DNA of 64,000 nt from Podarcis cretensis. Lineage: Eukaryota. The position numbers were made by a program, and so were the translations under genes. The stretch is taken from the NCBI GenBank assembly GCA_951804945.1, contig OX638150.1:2790001-2854000 (forward strand). The letters are read 5' to 3'. Below the pieces are notes generated by a model. It searched no databases. It saw only the letters and a program-made list of their open reading frames with translations, and had not been told where the DNA came from. Position 1 is the stretch's first letter. Each line of letters begins with the position of its first letter. Positions 14,401 through 26,200 of the stretch are shown in pieces.

Positions 14401-17400
14401 GACTATATGGAATTGACGGAAATGACTGGCAGAATCCGAGACCAGGGAGAAGAGACGGTGGAAGAAGATTGGGAAAAGTTTAAAGTTTATTTATAGAAAT
14501 AGGGTAAAATTAATGAGTGTTAGAAAAATGTTGGAATGAAATTATATGGCCTTAGTAGAAGTGTTATAAGGAGTTAAGCATAAGTATTATAGTTTTTATG
14601 GAAATAAGGTTAAAATAAGTTAAGATATTTATATGACAGAAAATAGTGAAAGATGGAAAGAATTTGCTGAAACAATTAATAGAAGTGGAATACAAAAAGG
14701 GAGGTGAGAGGAAGTCGATGAAACAAGGGAATGAAAGATAAGGCATTGAAATGGTATGATGTATGTTTTTAAATTGTTTTTGTTCTGTTTTGTTTAGTTT
14801 AATGCATTAATGTTGTGTGGTGTATTGTTTATATATTGTATTGTATTGTTTTTTCTTTTTTTTTCTTTTTTTTTCTTTTTTTTCTTTTTTCTCCTTTTCT
14901 TTTTCTTCTTGTTTGTAAGGTTTAAAAGTAATAAATATTATTATTATTTTTTTAAAAAAAGACTGGAGTTGAGAGTGAACTAAAGAATGGAAGCCTCAAA
15001 CCCCCATGATCTCAAGTCCCTGTGTCAGTTAAAACAGGGAGATTAAGCTACTGCTGTTCTTTGCTTTGCCATCATGCTGGGAAGAAACACAGCTGCATTC
15101 TGATGCATGAAAAATGGCACTGATTTAGACAAGAAAGTTATGGGGCAGGGGCTGGAGAAATTTTTTAAGTCTCAGGTACCAACAAGAGTCTCAAAAGGGT
15201 AGAGAGGGAAGGGCTAGACTGGGGCACATGGGCCACTATTATTGCTGCTGCCAATACAACACCAGCAAACCTATGACTGGCTAGCTGTGCTCTAGTGCTC
15301 CCAGGGCTCTGGCAATCTGCACCGGTGAAGGTGGTGAGGTGGCAAACTTGTTTGTTTATTCCTGCATTCATATTCCCACCTTTTCTCCAAGGAGCTCAAG
15401 GTGTCTTAGATGGCTCTCTCCCTCTCCATTCTATCCTCACAACAACCCGCTTACAAGCTGGGAACAGGTCCAAGGTTACCCAATGAGCTTCATGGCCAAG
15501 TGGGTATTTGAACACTGGTCTCCCAAGTCCTTGTCTGAGCTCCACTCTGGGTTTCTGTGTCTCTTGTCCATGTTGTGGTAAAGGAAGAAGAGAGACGGTT
15601 GCCCTGAAGGCAATGGAGCACAGGATATCTCATCAGAGAAGCTCAGGAAAGGACCACACTTCACCTGCAGAAGGTCTCGAGTTCAATACCTGGCATCTCT
15701 AAGTAAGTCTGGCAAAGACTTTGGTCTGAAACCCGGAGGCCCCTGCACAATGACTGCAGACAGCACTGAGCTAGACAGGCTAATGGTCTGACTCAGTATA
15801 AGACTGCTTCCTCTGATTCTGGTCTGCTATTTTAAGAGAAGGACAGACTTCTAGGTTCCAGAAGAGGAGCTTTAGCTACTACAGTCACTTGGGATTATTC
15901 AAGGCCTCAATGCCTTTAGGAGGACAATGTCACACACAGATACCATCTGCCAAAACCAGGGCTGAGACACTTATTTGGCCCAGTGGGCCAGATTCTCCCA
16001 CCTTCACCTCATAGGCCAATTTTGATAGATGGGCAGGGCCACCCACCTGTCAATTACCCAATAGGCCAACCAGATTCCCCACCCCTGGGTTTTGGCAGGT
16101 GGTACCAGCGTGATGTTATCCTTGTGTAGGCCTTGAGTAATCCCAGGCACTAGGTCACTGGGGAGAGAGCGGCTAAGCAAGAATGAGCTTCCTGTGCATC
16201 AGCTGACACACAGTGAGTTCAATCCTGCTTTGCCCAACTGCATCTCTACCTGCTGCATACTAGACATCACATATGATATTAGGCATTGGGCAGGTTGGCG
16301 TGGTTTGGGGGAAATGGCCTGGCAGGCCACAGCCCACCCTAGGCCTAAACTATCTGGATTTCGGGTCCAATGTGAAGAAAAGGAAGCAGCAGCACAGAGA
16401 AGCAAAGCTCTGGAGGAAGACAAATTGCATCAATTGTGTCTGTGGCCTGAAGCTATTAAATACATGAGTGTTTTCCAGGTAAGGGGATAGCATTCAGCCC
16501 ACTGGTGAGATGCAGCTGTGCAAATGGCTGTGCATATGTACTGGAAGATCAAAAGCTTGCCACTGCCAACTGGGAAAGGCACAAAGCAAAATTCAGGAAA
16601 GCTGAGATTCTTGGCTGAAGCCTGGGAGTGGGCCTTTTAAAACACAAACAAACCCGTGACAGCATCCAAGCAGAGACAGCCTCCTAGAGACAGAGTTAAA
16701 TATTTATCAGTGCTGAGATGATGCACCACCTGGCAAGATTCCCTGTGCAGCTCCTTTGAAAGCGGAGCTTTCCTGATACCAGGAATGCTTGCCTTCTGGG
16801 ATCTCTTGCCTAGTAGATAAAGGGACGGCATTTCATACAGCTAAGTCTTATCGCAACAGTACATGGAAACATGGGCAAGCCTTGGCTCTTACCTTTCTTG
16901 AGGCTGGAAAGGGCGGATACTAAGGCTGGGTCAATGTCGCAAGGGACCCCTGCAGCTGTGGCTAGTTCAAAGATGCTCAAGGTCACCTAAAGAGAAGGAT
17001 GAAAGGGCAGAACCAGGTGTTAGTAATGCTGCTGCTGGGCCTTGGTCTCTTGGTCTCACCGCAACATATCAGACCTGGTTGGCACATGCACACACACACA
17101 CACACACAAATTAGGCTTGAATTTAATTAATTTTATAATGAATGATTTTAGAGTGTTGTCTGTGCTGTACATTTGTACTGTTTTACTGTTGTTAGCTGCC
17201 CTGAGCCCGGCTTCGGCTGGGGAGGGCGGGATATAAATAATTTTTTTTTTAAAAAAAAAGGTGGTATTGATTACAATACCAATAAAGGATACAATATAAC
17301 ACATCTCTTAACATAATTTTCTTAACTTCTTTGGACTCCCTCACATCTCCCGCTCCTGCGTTCCTGTCTATATAATTTTTATCCAGCAAATTTATCCCCT

Positions 17401-20400
17401 TATTTCTATTCTTATTATCTAATTTTCCAATGTTATATCTCTAATTTTAGATATCCTTTATTCAAATCTTAAAAAATTAAATATAACCTGAAACTTCCAA
17501 AAATTTATCTTTTCTTGAATTTAACTTATCTTCATAATTCACTTCATCTAGCTTAATGGTGCCTAGTTGTTTGTACTCTAGCATCCTTCTTAACATTCAT
17601 ACAATTTACAATATTTTTGTAAGTAAGTCTTAAATTTCTTCCAGTCTTCTTCCACCGTCTCTTCTCCCAGGTCTCGGATTCTGCCAGTCATTTCAGCCAG
17701 TTCCATATAGTCTATCAGTTGCGTCTGCCATTCTTCCAATGTGGGTAAATCTTGGGTTTTCCAATGCTTAGCAACGAGTATCCTTGCTGCTGTTGTTGCG
17801 TACATAAAGAATGTTCGGTCTTTCTTTAACACCTTCTGGCCGACAATGCCCAGCAGGAAGGCCTCTGGTTTCTTGGGGAAGGTATACTTAAATACCTTTT
17901 TCAGTTCATTATATATCATTTCCCAAAAAGCCTTCACTCTAGGGCAAATCCACCAGAGGTGAAAGAATGTTCCTTCATTTTCTTTACATTTCCAACATTT
18001 GTTATCAGACAAGTGGTATATTTTTGCAAGTTTGACTGGGGTCATATACCATCTATATATCATTTTCATAACATTTTCTTTCAAAGCATTACATGCAGTA
18101 AAATTCAGCCCAGTAGTCCACAACCTCTCCCAGTCCTCAAACATGATGTTATATCCAATATCCTGTGCCCACTTTACCATAGCTGATTTAACCGTTTCAT
18201 CTTGTGTATTCCATTTTAACAGCAAGTTATACATTTTTGAAAGCACCTTAGTCTTAGGCTCTAACAATTCCATTTCTAGCTTCGATTTTTCCACCTGGAA
18301 TCCTAACTTTTTGTCATGTTTAAAAACTTCTTTAATCTGAGCATAGTGTAACCAATCTCGCACTTTGTCTTTCATTTTCTCCTGACTCTGCAATTTCCAA
18401 TTATCTCCATCTTTTTCTAATATTTCCCAATACTTCGGCCAATTGGCCTCCATATTGAGTCTTTTCTGCAGGTGGGGAATATAACCTTTTACTGCTCTCC
18501 ATGTTTTATAAAACAAAACTGTGCACTTAAAAAAAGGAGGCAGCACACATAATGGAGAAAGGGTAGTACAGTGGTACCTCGGGTTACAGACGCTTCAGGT
18601 TACAGACTCTGCTAACCCAGAAATAGTACCTTGGGTTGAGAACTTTGCTTCAGGATGAGAACAAAAATCGTGCAGCAGCAGGAGGCCCCATTAGTTAAAG
18701 TGGTGTCTCAGGTTAAGACCAGTTTCAGGTTAAGAACAGACCTCCGGAACGAATTAAGTTCTAAACCTGAGGTACCACTGTACTTTCCTGCTATACTAGT
18801 TTACTAAGGAGGGCAAACAAAAAATCTTACAGGAGGACTCACGCAAGAGACAAAGGTAGCTAAGACATGGCATTTCACCTAGAGTGTCTGTATTATGGAG
18901 TGGTTCATAAAAGAGGAGATGCTCCTTGTTTTATTCTGGGCCTGGGCCATTTGGGACTTTTCTTTTGAAGTGTGCCTATGTATGCATATGCAATACTGCA
19001 AGGAAAAATGGCGTCTGGGATCCAGCAGTCACCGCAAGTACCAGGGACAAGAGTAAAAAGAATAAGTAGAGGCCTTGAACAGTGGTCAGAGAAGGCTGCC
19101 AGGTGCAATCTTGTCCAGAAGGCACTAAATTTAGGGTCCTCCAATTCCTTGCACTAGGCAAATGTGCTGACATAAAAATCTAGCTGAGAAAAATGCTAGG
19201 GAAGCAGGCATGATGACACTCCCTTCCTCTCACACTAGGATCTTTTTGACAGCTCTTCACCCCTATCATGCTTCCCTGGATCTGAGCAGTCAGACAACCG
19301 AAGGCCTTGTCCTTGATTTCACTACAATCTCCGAATCCCCCTTTCAGGAATTTTAATTCACCTTCCTGAGAAACAACCTTTACTCCCTTTGCCATCTCTA
19401 GCACATCTCTACTGTTCACTGAAAAACCCTGCTCTCTCTCCTTTCCTGTGAATCATTTTGTATAGCTTATAAGTCCTCTGGGCATGGAGGTGGGATGCAT
19501 CAACAACACCTACTGCACCACTGGCACAAAGGGAACTGCTAGACTGGTGTTTTTAGGCAAGTGTATCCTGCAATATGTTCTTCACACAATTATAGTGCAC
19601 CAGTGGTGGATTTGTTTTGCTTTATTATCTGTTCTAAGGTGCTTCCCCAATGCTACCACATCATGGCTGTCTTCAGCAGCTATAGCAGCACACCAAGGGG
19701 GGGGGAGAGAATGTTTGTGGTATGAAAAGTTACACGATTTCAGCAGGAAGTTACAGGATATGCTCTAGTTAGAAATTAAGCAGTATGACGGCTCCAAAAC
19801 TTTTGCAGATGTGAATAGTATTCTGCTGAATTATTTGGCTGGTGAGTCTCTGCATGTTTTACGGCAGGCACACTGACATAATGTAACATGCATTGCAGCG
19901 TGCTTCATGCAGAAGCCCTCCAGTGTGTAAACCCAAGTTGCATGACCTCCTTTCTATAAGGAGGAAGAACCATGTGACTCAGTCCTCTGTGTGTATCGGT
20001 TGATGCATGGCAGGCACACTTCACGTGTGGAGACAGGGGAGGTGGGGCCCATGACTGCTCCTGTATCACATAAATTGGGCCGCAGTACTAGCCCTGTAAA
20101 CTTATGAAATGGAACTGCATTTCTAGCTGCTTCCAGAAGAGAGGGAGTTGTGGGGAAAGAGAGAAGAGAAATTAACTAAATGTGAAAGGCTTCTGCAGAT
20201 TTCATGTAAGTTGGCACAGTAGGCAGTTGGGGGTTGGAAAAAGTTTTAAAACATTTATAGTTGTTAAAAGCAGAAGCGACCAGCTACCGCTGCCTCGAGC
20301 CCACTCTTGTGCGCTATCTGAAGCATCTCAATGAAACACACTTCTCATCTTGATTCAAGAGGCTGTGAATGACAGAGCACCCACCCCCCTCCTTGGGCAG

Positions 20401-23229
20401 CCTGTGCCAATTAATCACCCTTGTGGTTAAACATTGCAACTTATTTCTAAATATTTTTCTAACTCTTAATTCCTGGCTGTTGCTTCACATTCTGTCTTCT
20501 CCAGCTAGTGAAAGATCAGAGAACTCTGCCGAGTGAAAAGGAAACTCACTGACGAGGCTTGAAAACAAGTCTATCTGGGTGTCCCTCCATCTTCCTGGAA
20601 GACAAATTTCTGGGGAGCAAGGCTAGCCCTACACAGCAGGGTTACAAAATGTGCAACTGGCCAAGTCCTTCTAGCCATGTTTGGTTTTGGAATCAGCCAA
20701 ACAAAATGGGGACTGAGAAAGGAGAGACACTGTCTCCTTCCTGCTGGGCACTGTAAATCAGACCTTTGCAAGCTCCAGTTCCATATAGATGCTCAGTGGC
20801 CGATTTCCTGCATTGGCCTCAGTGTTCCAATCTCATGCATATGCAGCAGGCATCCCCATTCCCCAAAGCACATGCTGCATGGCTTGGCCTGATCTGTCAC
20901 TTTTCACCTATGTGTGGCAGGAAATGTGTCCTGAGGGCATGGCAAATTAACAACAGCAAAAACAACCTGCATAGTGTCCGTGCCATTACCCTCCCTGCTG
21001 GTCCATCTCAATGCTATTTGTATGCAAATAGCACACGCATGCGCACGCACACGTAAGCAACCAGAAGGCCTTACATGGGCAGATCTCCCACTGATCATTC
21101 CCCAACCCCCAGCTCCTCCCACCAAAAAGTAGCTTGGGCTCCCTTCCAATTTGATCCAGAGCCCATTTGAGGGAACTTGCCTGTTCCTACTTCTTCTTAA
21201 GGCCTGGCAAGGCAAAGGGGAGAGCACCCATGTCTTTGCTCCCAAAGGCATTTGCTTGTGTGGATGGTGATGAGGAATTAAGAGAGATGTGTGAAACAGC
21301 ACCACCTAGTGACACCAGGATAAGCCAGGAAATACTCCTTTAAGATGCACACAAACGGCTTTTAAAAAGCTCTGTGGGACGTGGCCTTTTTCATTAGTGC
21401 AACAGTTGAGACTCTGCTGCCATTGCTTTTTCTTTATCAAAAAGGTGGAGGAGGGAAGGAACATTAGAAAAAGCTTACTCTTCAAAGGGAAAGAGAAACC
21501 TACAGTGCCAGCTCTGCCCACCTCCCCTGGAGAAATGCTGCTTTGAAAGAAACCCAGAGAAGAGCTGATGTCTCTAAGCAGTTGAAAAGAGGCCGGTGGC
21601 AGCAGAACTGCAGGGAAGCTAAGCAGGGCTACATGTAGCTATGCAACAAGGGCAGCAGTTCCTTTCAGCTGGATTCCTGCACTCAGCCAGCGAAGCCTGC
21701 CTTGGGGACACCTGAGGCTGCAACAGCAGCAAGGATACAGCCTCCCGGAAGCCTCAGATGATGCTGAGCTGGTCCTTGTCAGTACGGAGCTGGTCCTTGT
21801 CAGTAACAGCAAAACACACACACCTCTAAGTTCAAGCAGCATAGCCGTTGCCAAGTAGTACATTCTAAATTTAGGCAGTTGCAGGCTGCCCGAAGTCAGC
21901 AGGTGTGCAGAACTGCAAGTTCCAAAAAAACCTCTTTCGATTCCAGCACAAACACAAAACATGCAATAGAAATCAGACACCCTCGTGCATGTGGTGCTGT
22001 ATTTGGGTAATGAAACTTTGTGCAGGCTCTTGTGAGAAGAATTTGTAAAGGAGGAAGGAGCTATGTACTGGACAGTAGGAATAATAGAAGTTAAAAACTG
22101 GGCAGGGAGCGACAAAAGCAGGATACCCCAAAAGTCCCCCAGGCTAGATACAACACTGGGATGCCTAATCTCTGAGAAGGTAGCCCTCAAGATCAAGCCC
22201 ACCTGAAGCAACACCCCTTTGGAATGGAAGCCCTTGCATGCATACATACGTGTGTGAGCACATGTATGGTTCCTACAGGTCAGTTACTTAGGGGTAAGGA
22301 AAGAGGTAATATCTTATTTAAAATTCCTTTGCACAGCCCCAGATTGAGTCTTGGCATTAGAAGCCATGTTTTTTAATCTAAACACAGCACACTGAAGATC
22401 TTGCAAAGAGAGAGAGCTCGCATCTGTAGATACATAATCGTGATGACCAAGCTGTGGCTTGTGCATGTGCAGGAGTGATTAAGAACCACAGAAAATTAAT
22501 CACTTTGTGTTCGTCCTTTTCCTGGAGCTTTTCACATCACCAGTGCTTGAACTTTGGGGTGTGTGCGTGTATTAATGAAGTCCCTTTGCCTCCCTCCCTC
22601 CAGTTTTAGCCAAATCATGCCCTCCCAAGGGGGGCTAAGACTCCATTGCCCCGCTCTCCCAATTCAAGTACTGCACAGCAGCACACAGGTTCTCCACTTC
22701 CCCATTCTTTCCAGTCACTTGGCCATGTCCTTCTCACACTAGTCAGCTTGGAATCAGTGGAGGCTTCCCACCAACCCCCCCCCCCCCAGCCTGTAACAGT
22801 TGGCCCTGGTCTTGCATAAAGGGCCTTCCATGTCTGCTGGAACCAACTCCTAAGGAAACAACCTGATCCTGATTCTGGTTTCCCACAAGCCTGTGTCTCT
22901 CTTGTTCTGGATGGCTCCAGACAGAGACTGATCGGTGCCCCCGCTGTCATTCTGCTCAGGAGAGATGTTCACCATCTCTCTGATACAATCCAAAATACCA
23001 TTTCCCTGCAAGTGGCTGGGGATGCAAATCAGTCTTCTCTATTCATCCACAGGGCCTCACCACTAATAATAGTTGTAATTAACTTTCAGGCTGCATTGCG
23101 GGGCGGGGCGGGGGGGGGGAGTTGGGTAGGTAGAGAGCCCTAACTGCCGTGCATAGGAACTCATCAGCCTCCTCATGGACATTCTCCACACACATCCTGG
23201 CCTCACTATTGCTCTTGTTGAGGTAGCTT

Positions 23230-23279
<50 letters not shown>

Positions 23280-26200
23280 TATTTATTTATACCCCACCAT
23301 TCCTGTTTCAGAAAACCAGGCTCAGGGCGGCTAACAACAAATTTAAAACACTTAATTGTGATACAACAAAAAAACAGTATAAAAGCATGAATAACAATAA
23401 ATTCAAAGTTCAAAAATCAATTTAGGGGAAAATCCATCCAATAAAAATCAGGTGATCACCAGGGCTAGCCGGCTAAATTAGTCCTATTTGGGCCAGCAAG
23501 GAAGCCAGGAGAGAATTAGCTGTGGGATCCCAGAGCGGGTAATCTTCATTAAAAGGGGAGGGGGAGGCTAAATTCAAATTGAAAGCCAGGCAGAATAGCT
23601 CTGTCTTACAGGCCCTGTAGAAGGAGATTAAATCCTGCAGGGCCCTAGTTTCATGGGATAGAGCACTCCACCAGGTCAGAGCCATCACTGAGAAGGCCCT
23701 GGCCCTGGTGGAGGATAATCTGACTTTCTTAGGGCCCGGGACCTCTAAAGTATAGTTATTCATGGACCTTAGGGACAGGGATGGCACAGGAGCCAAATAC
23801 TCTGGTGAACAGATGCCCCTACTGGCAGGACCCAGAACAAACTTCATATTCAATGCAGGCAAGCAGGTGTGTTTGTGGAATTCATTAAGTTCAGCAATTC
23901 CACAGTAGGGGAATTCAAACTGCCAGAACTCCTGGCATGGTCATCTGTACACCGAGACACAAGGCAGCAAGAGAAATCTGGGTATAAAGTTCGTAAGCAA
24001 ATGATTAAGAAGTAGTTTTCAACCATACCGTTGCTTTTCTGCATCCAGCGCCTCCATAAAACATGAGCTGCATGGCCTTTAGCAGGAGCATGCAGGAGCA
24101 TGCATGCTAGAGTCCAAATCTCATCCTTCTGAGCCCACATGACCAACGGCCAGGGTTGATGGGAAATGCTGTCCAACAACATCTAGAGGAGCACAGGTGA
24201 GGCTCCCCATTCCAGCTTTAGTACATACTTCAATGCTCCTTGCGATTTCCAGAGGTTCCAATTACCTCTAGAATTTCATGCAGCCCAGATAAAGCTACCC
24301 ATGAAATTTTCACCCATAAAAGGAACTGCAGTTTTGCAACCTGGATTGCCCTAAACCTAGGCCTTTTACTCAGTCCTTGTTTTCCTGGAGCTGTATCCAA
24401 CCAACTTATACTCTGAGTAGACCCACCTGTTAGTCATGCCCATTAATTTCAATTGGTTTACTCAAGCACAGTTTGCACTGATCAAAGGAAATCCAACCTT
24501 GGTAAATGTTGTGCTCCTTGACCTTCCCACCCCTTGGAGAAACAGGGCAAGTTCAACAATGAGAGCTGCAGTCCAAAGCATCCTGAAGGCACCCGGTTTG
24601 TGAAGCCTTATACAGCTCCTATTGTTGTAAACTGGCTCATAGACAACACCACTGTCATCAAATTATAGCAGGTATCAGACAGAGAGAGAGAGACCTCTGC
24701 CTGTGGCCTTCAAGAGTCAGAGAAGACAAACCTGGACTAGGATTGACAAGCATTGGCATATGACACTCACCTATGTTCCTTTGTTCCACTTGCACCTTGC
24801 AACTGCTAGAAGCACAATAACAGCAGAACCAGCCAGAAAGGAGCATACTGGCTATTCTTGCAGCCCCAACCCTGCAGCTGGGCCGCAAGCGGACCAATTT
24901 GCTCATCCGACACCCAAAGACCTCCACAAGTACCCCTGCTCTGCAGTGGGGTGGAGGGGTCTGCAACTGACGTATCACACACCAAGATGACACTCTCTGC
25001 GGGAGCCTCTCAAGGTTGCAACCTCAATGCCATGACGCAATCAACCATGAATGAGATGCTTAAGTCAGGACATGTCAAAGGATACTCCGCACCATGGGAG
25101 ATCAGAGCTTCTAGGAGGGGAGGACAACCAGTCCCCACAGTGGCATATAGATAAATGAAATGGAACAGAGATACACCCTTGCCTCAAATGAAGACAGAGG
25201 AGGACTCAAACAGTTTGACTAATGCAGAGAGATGAGCTTATGTCCTCTGCTCCCCATCCCCTCCCTACTATTTGCAGCAATGGCTTTCAATGTAAACTGT
25301 TCAGCCATGCAGAGTATGTGGAACTGGAATGATGGCACAGCATGAATCCTAAACCTTGAGCCTTCAGAACTGGGCTGAAATTATCTAAGGCAATGGATCC
25401 ACCGGACTCCTGTGCAGGGCCTCCAATGGAATCATATTAGGTCACCCAAGCTTAATTGGCAAGCTCCACACCATAGCGCTTCCCAGTGCCATTCACTTCA
25501 TGCCAACATTATTACATTTTGATTAGGAGGCCTGTAACGCTGTGCCACTTTTTAAACAAATTACAATTCACACTCTACCCCTTTTTATTGAGGAGGAGGA
25601 GGAGGAAGGTGCCACAGACCAATGAAGAAAGTCTGGGGACTCAGCATAATTTAGGAACTTCCATCATTTTGTTAGAGCACATTTAAGTTTGTAAGGAAAG
25701 AGGGATGCAGCTGGAGATCATGCAGAGTAGCCCAGCTGTACCTTAGTTGTGTGCTTTAGCACATGTGCCAGGCAGGAAAATAGAATGCTACATCTGTCTC
25801 TTTATGAAGTCTGTTTTGGCAGCAAGCAGCTTTTCCCATCGTACTCAGCAATGACTTCACTTCATTTAGTCTTTCAATCCTCAAATTAATTTTCGCTCCC
25901 CCTTCTTAGATTGGGAAGGGGGAGCTTCAGACCCCAACTGTGGCTCCCGAAGCCTCTTTATCTGGCTCTCGGGACACTCCTGAGGCCACACCCCTTATCA
26001 GCCCTCTTCTGCATCTTCCTTGGGTGTTTATGCCTGGCTAGAATGTGTCCTCAAGCTCTGATCATGCTTCTTGCTTGCCTGGGTGGAGGATAGAGAGGAA
26101 TGGGCGACTGTGCATAGACACAAGCCTCCCCAAAAGTGGTAAAAAAATACATTTATTGTTCCACTGCCATGTGGGCCCCAGAAGGCTCACCAAAAAGGAA

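Larger units (their letters stand above)
12675..14957 (+). mobile_element. Non-autonomous L1-derived element (HAL1-like): 5'UTR + ORF1-like + ORF2 stub + 3'UTR/polyA
   Basis: 18-bp TSD aaagactggagttgagag (12657-12674, 14958-14975); CpG-rich 5' end beginning near acttccggg; ORF; L1 ORF2 terminal codons; AATAAA and A tail. Confidence 0.85.

Noticed and set aside
24703-25154. Plus-strand ORFs with a GYSAPWE stretch vaguely like myozenin
   Set aside because: The resemblance is too short, and there is no supporting splice structure or second exon.
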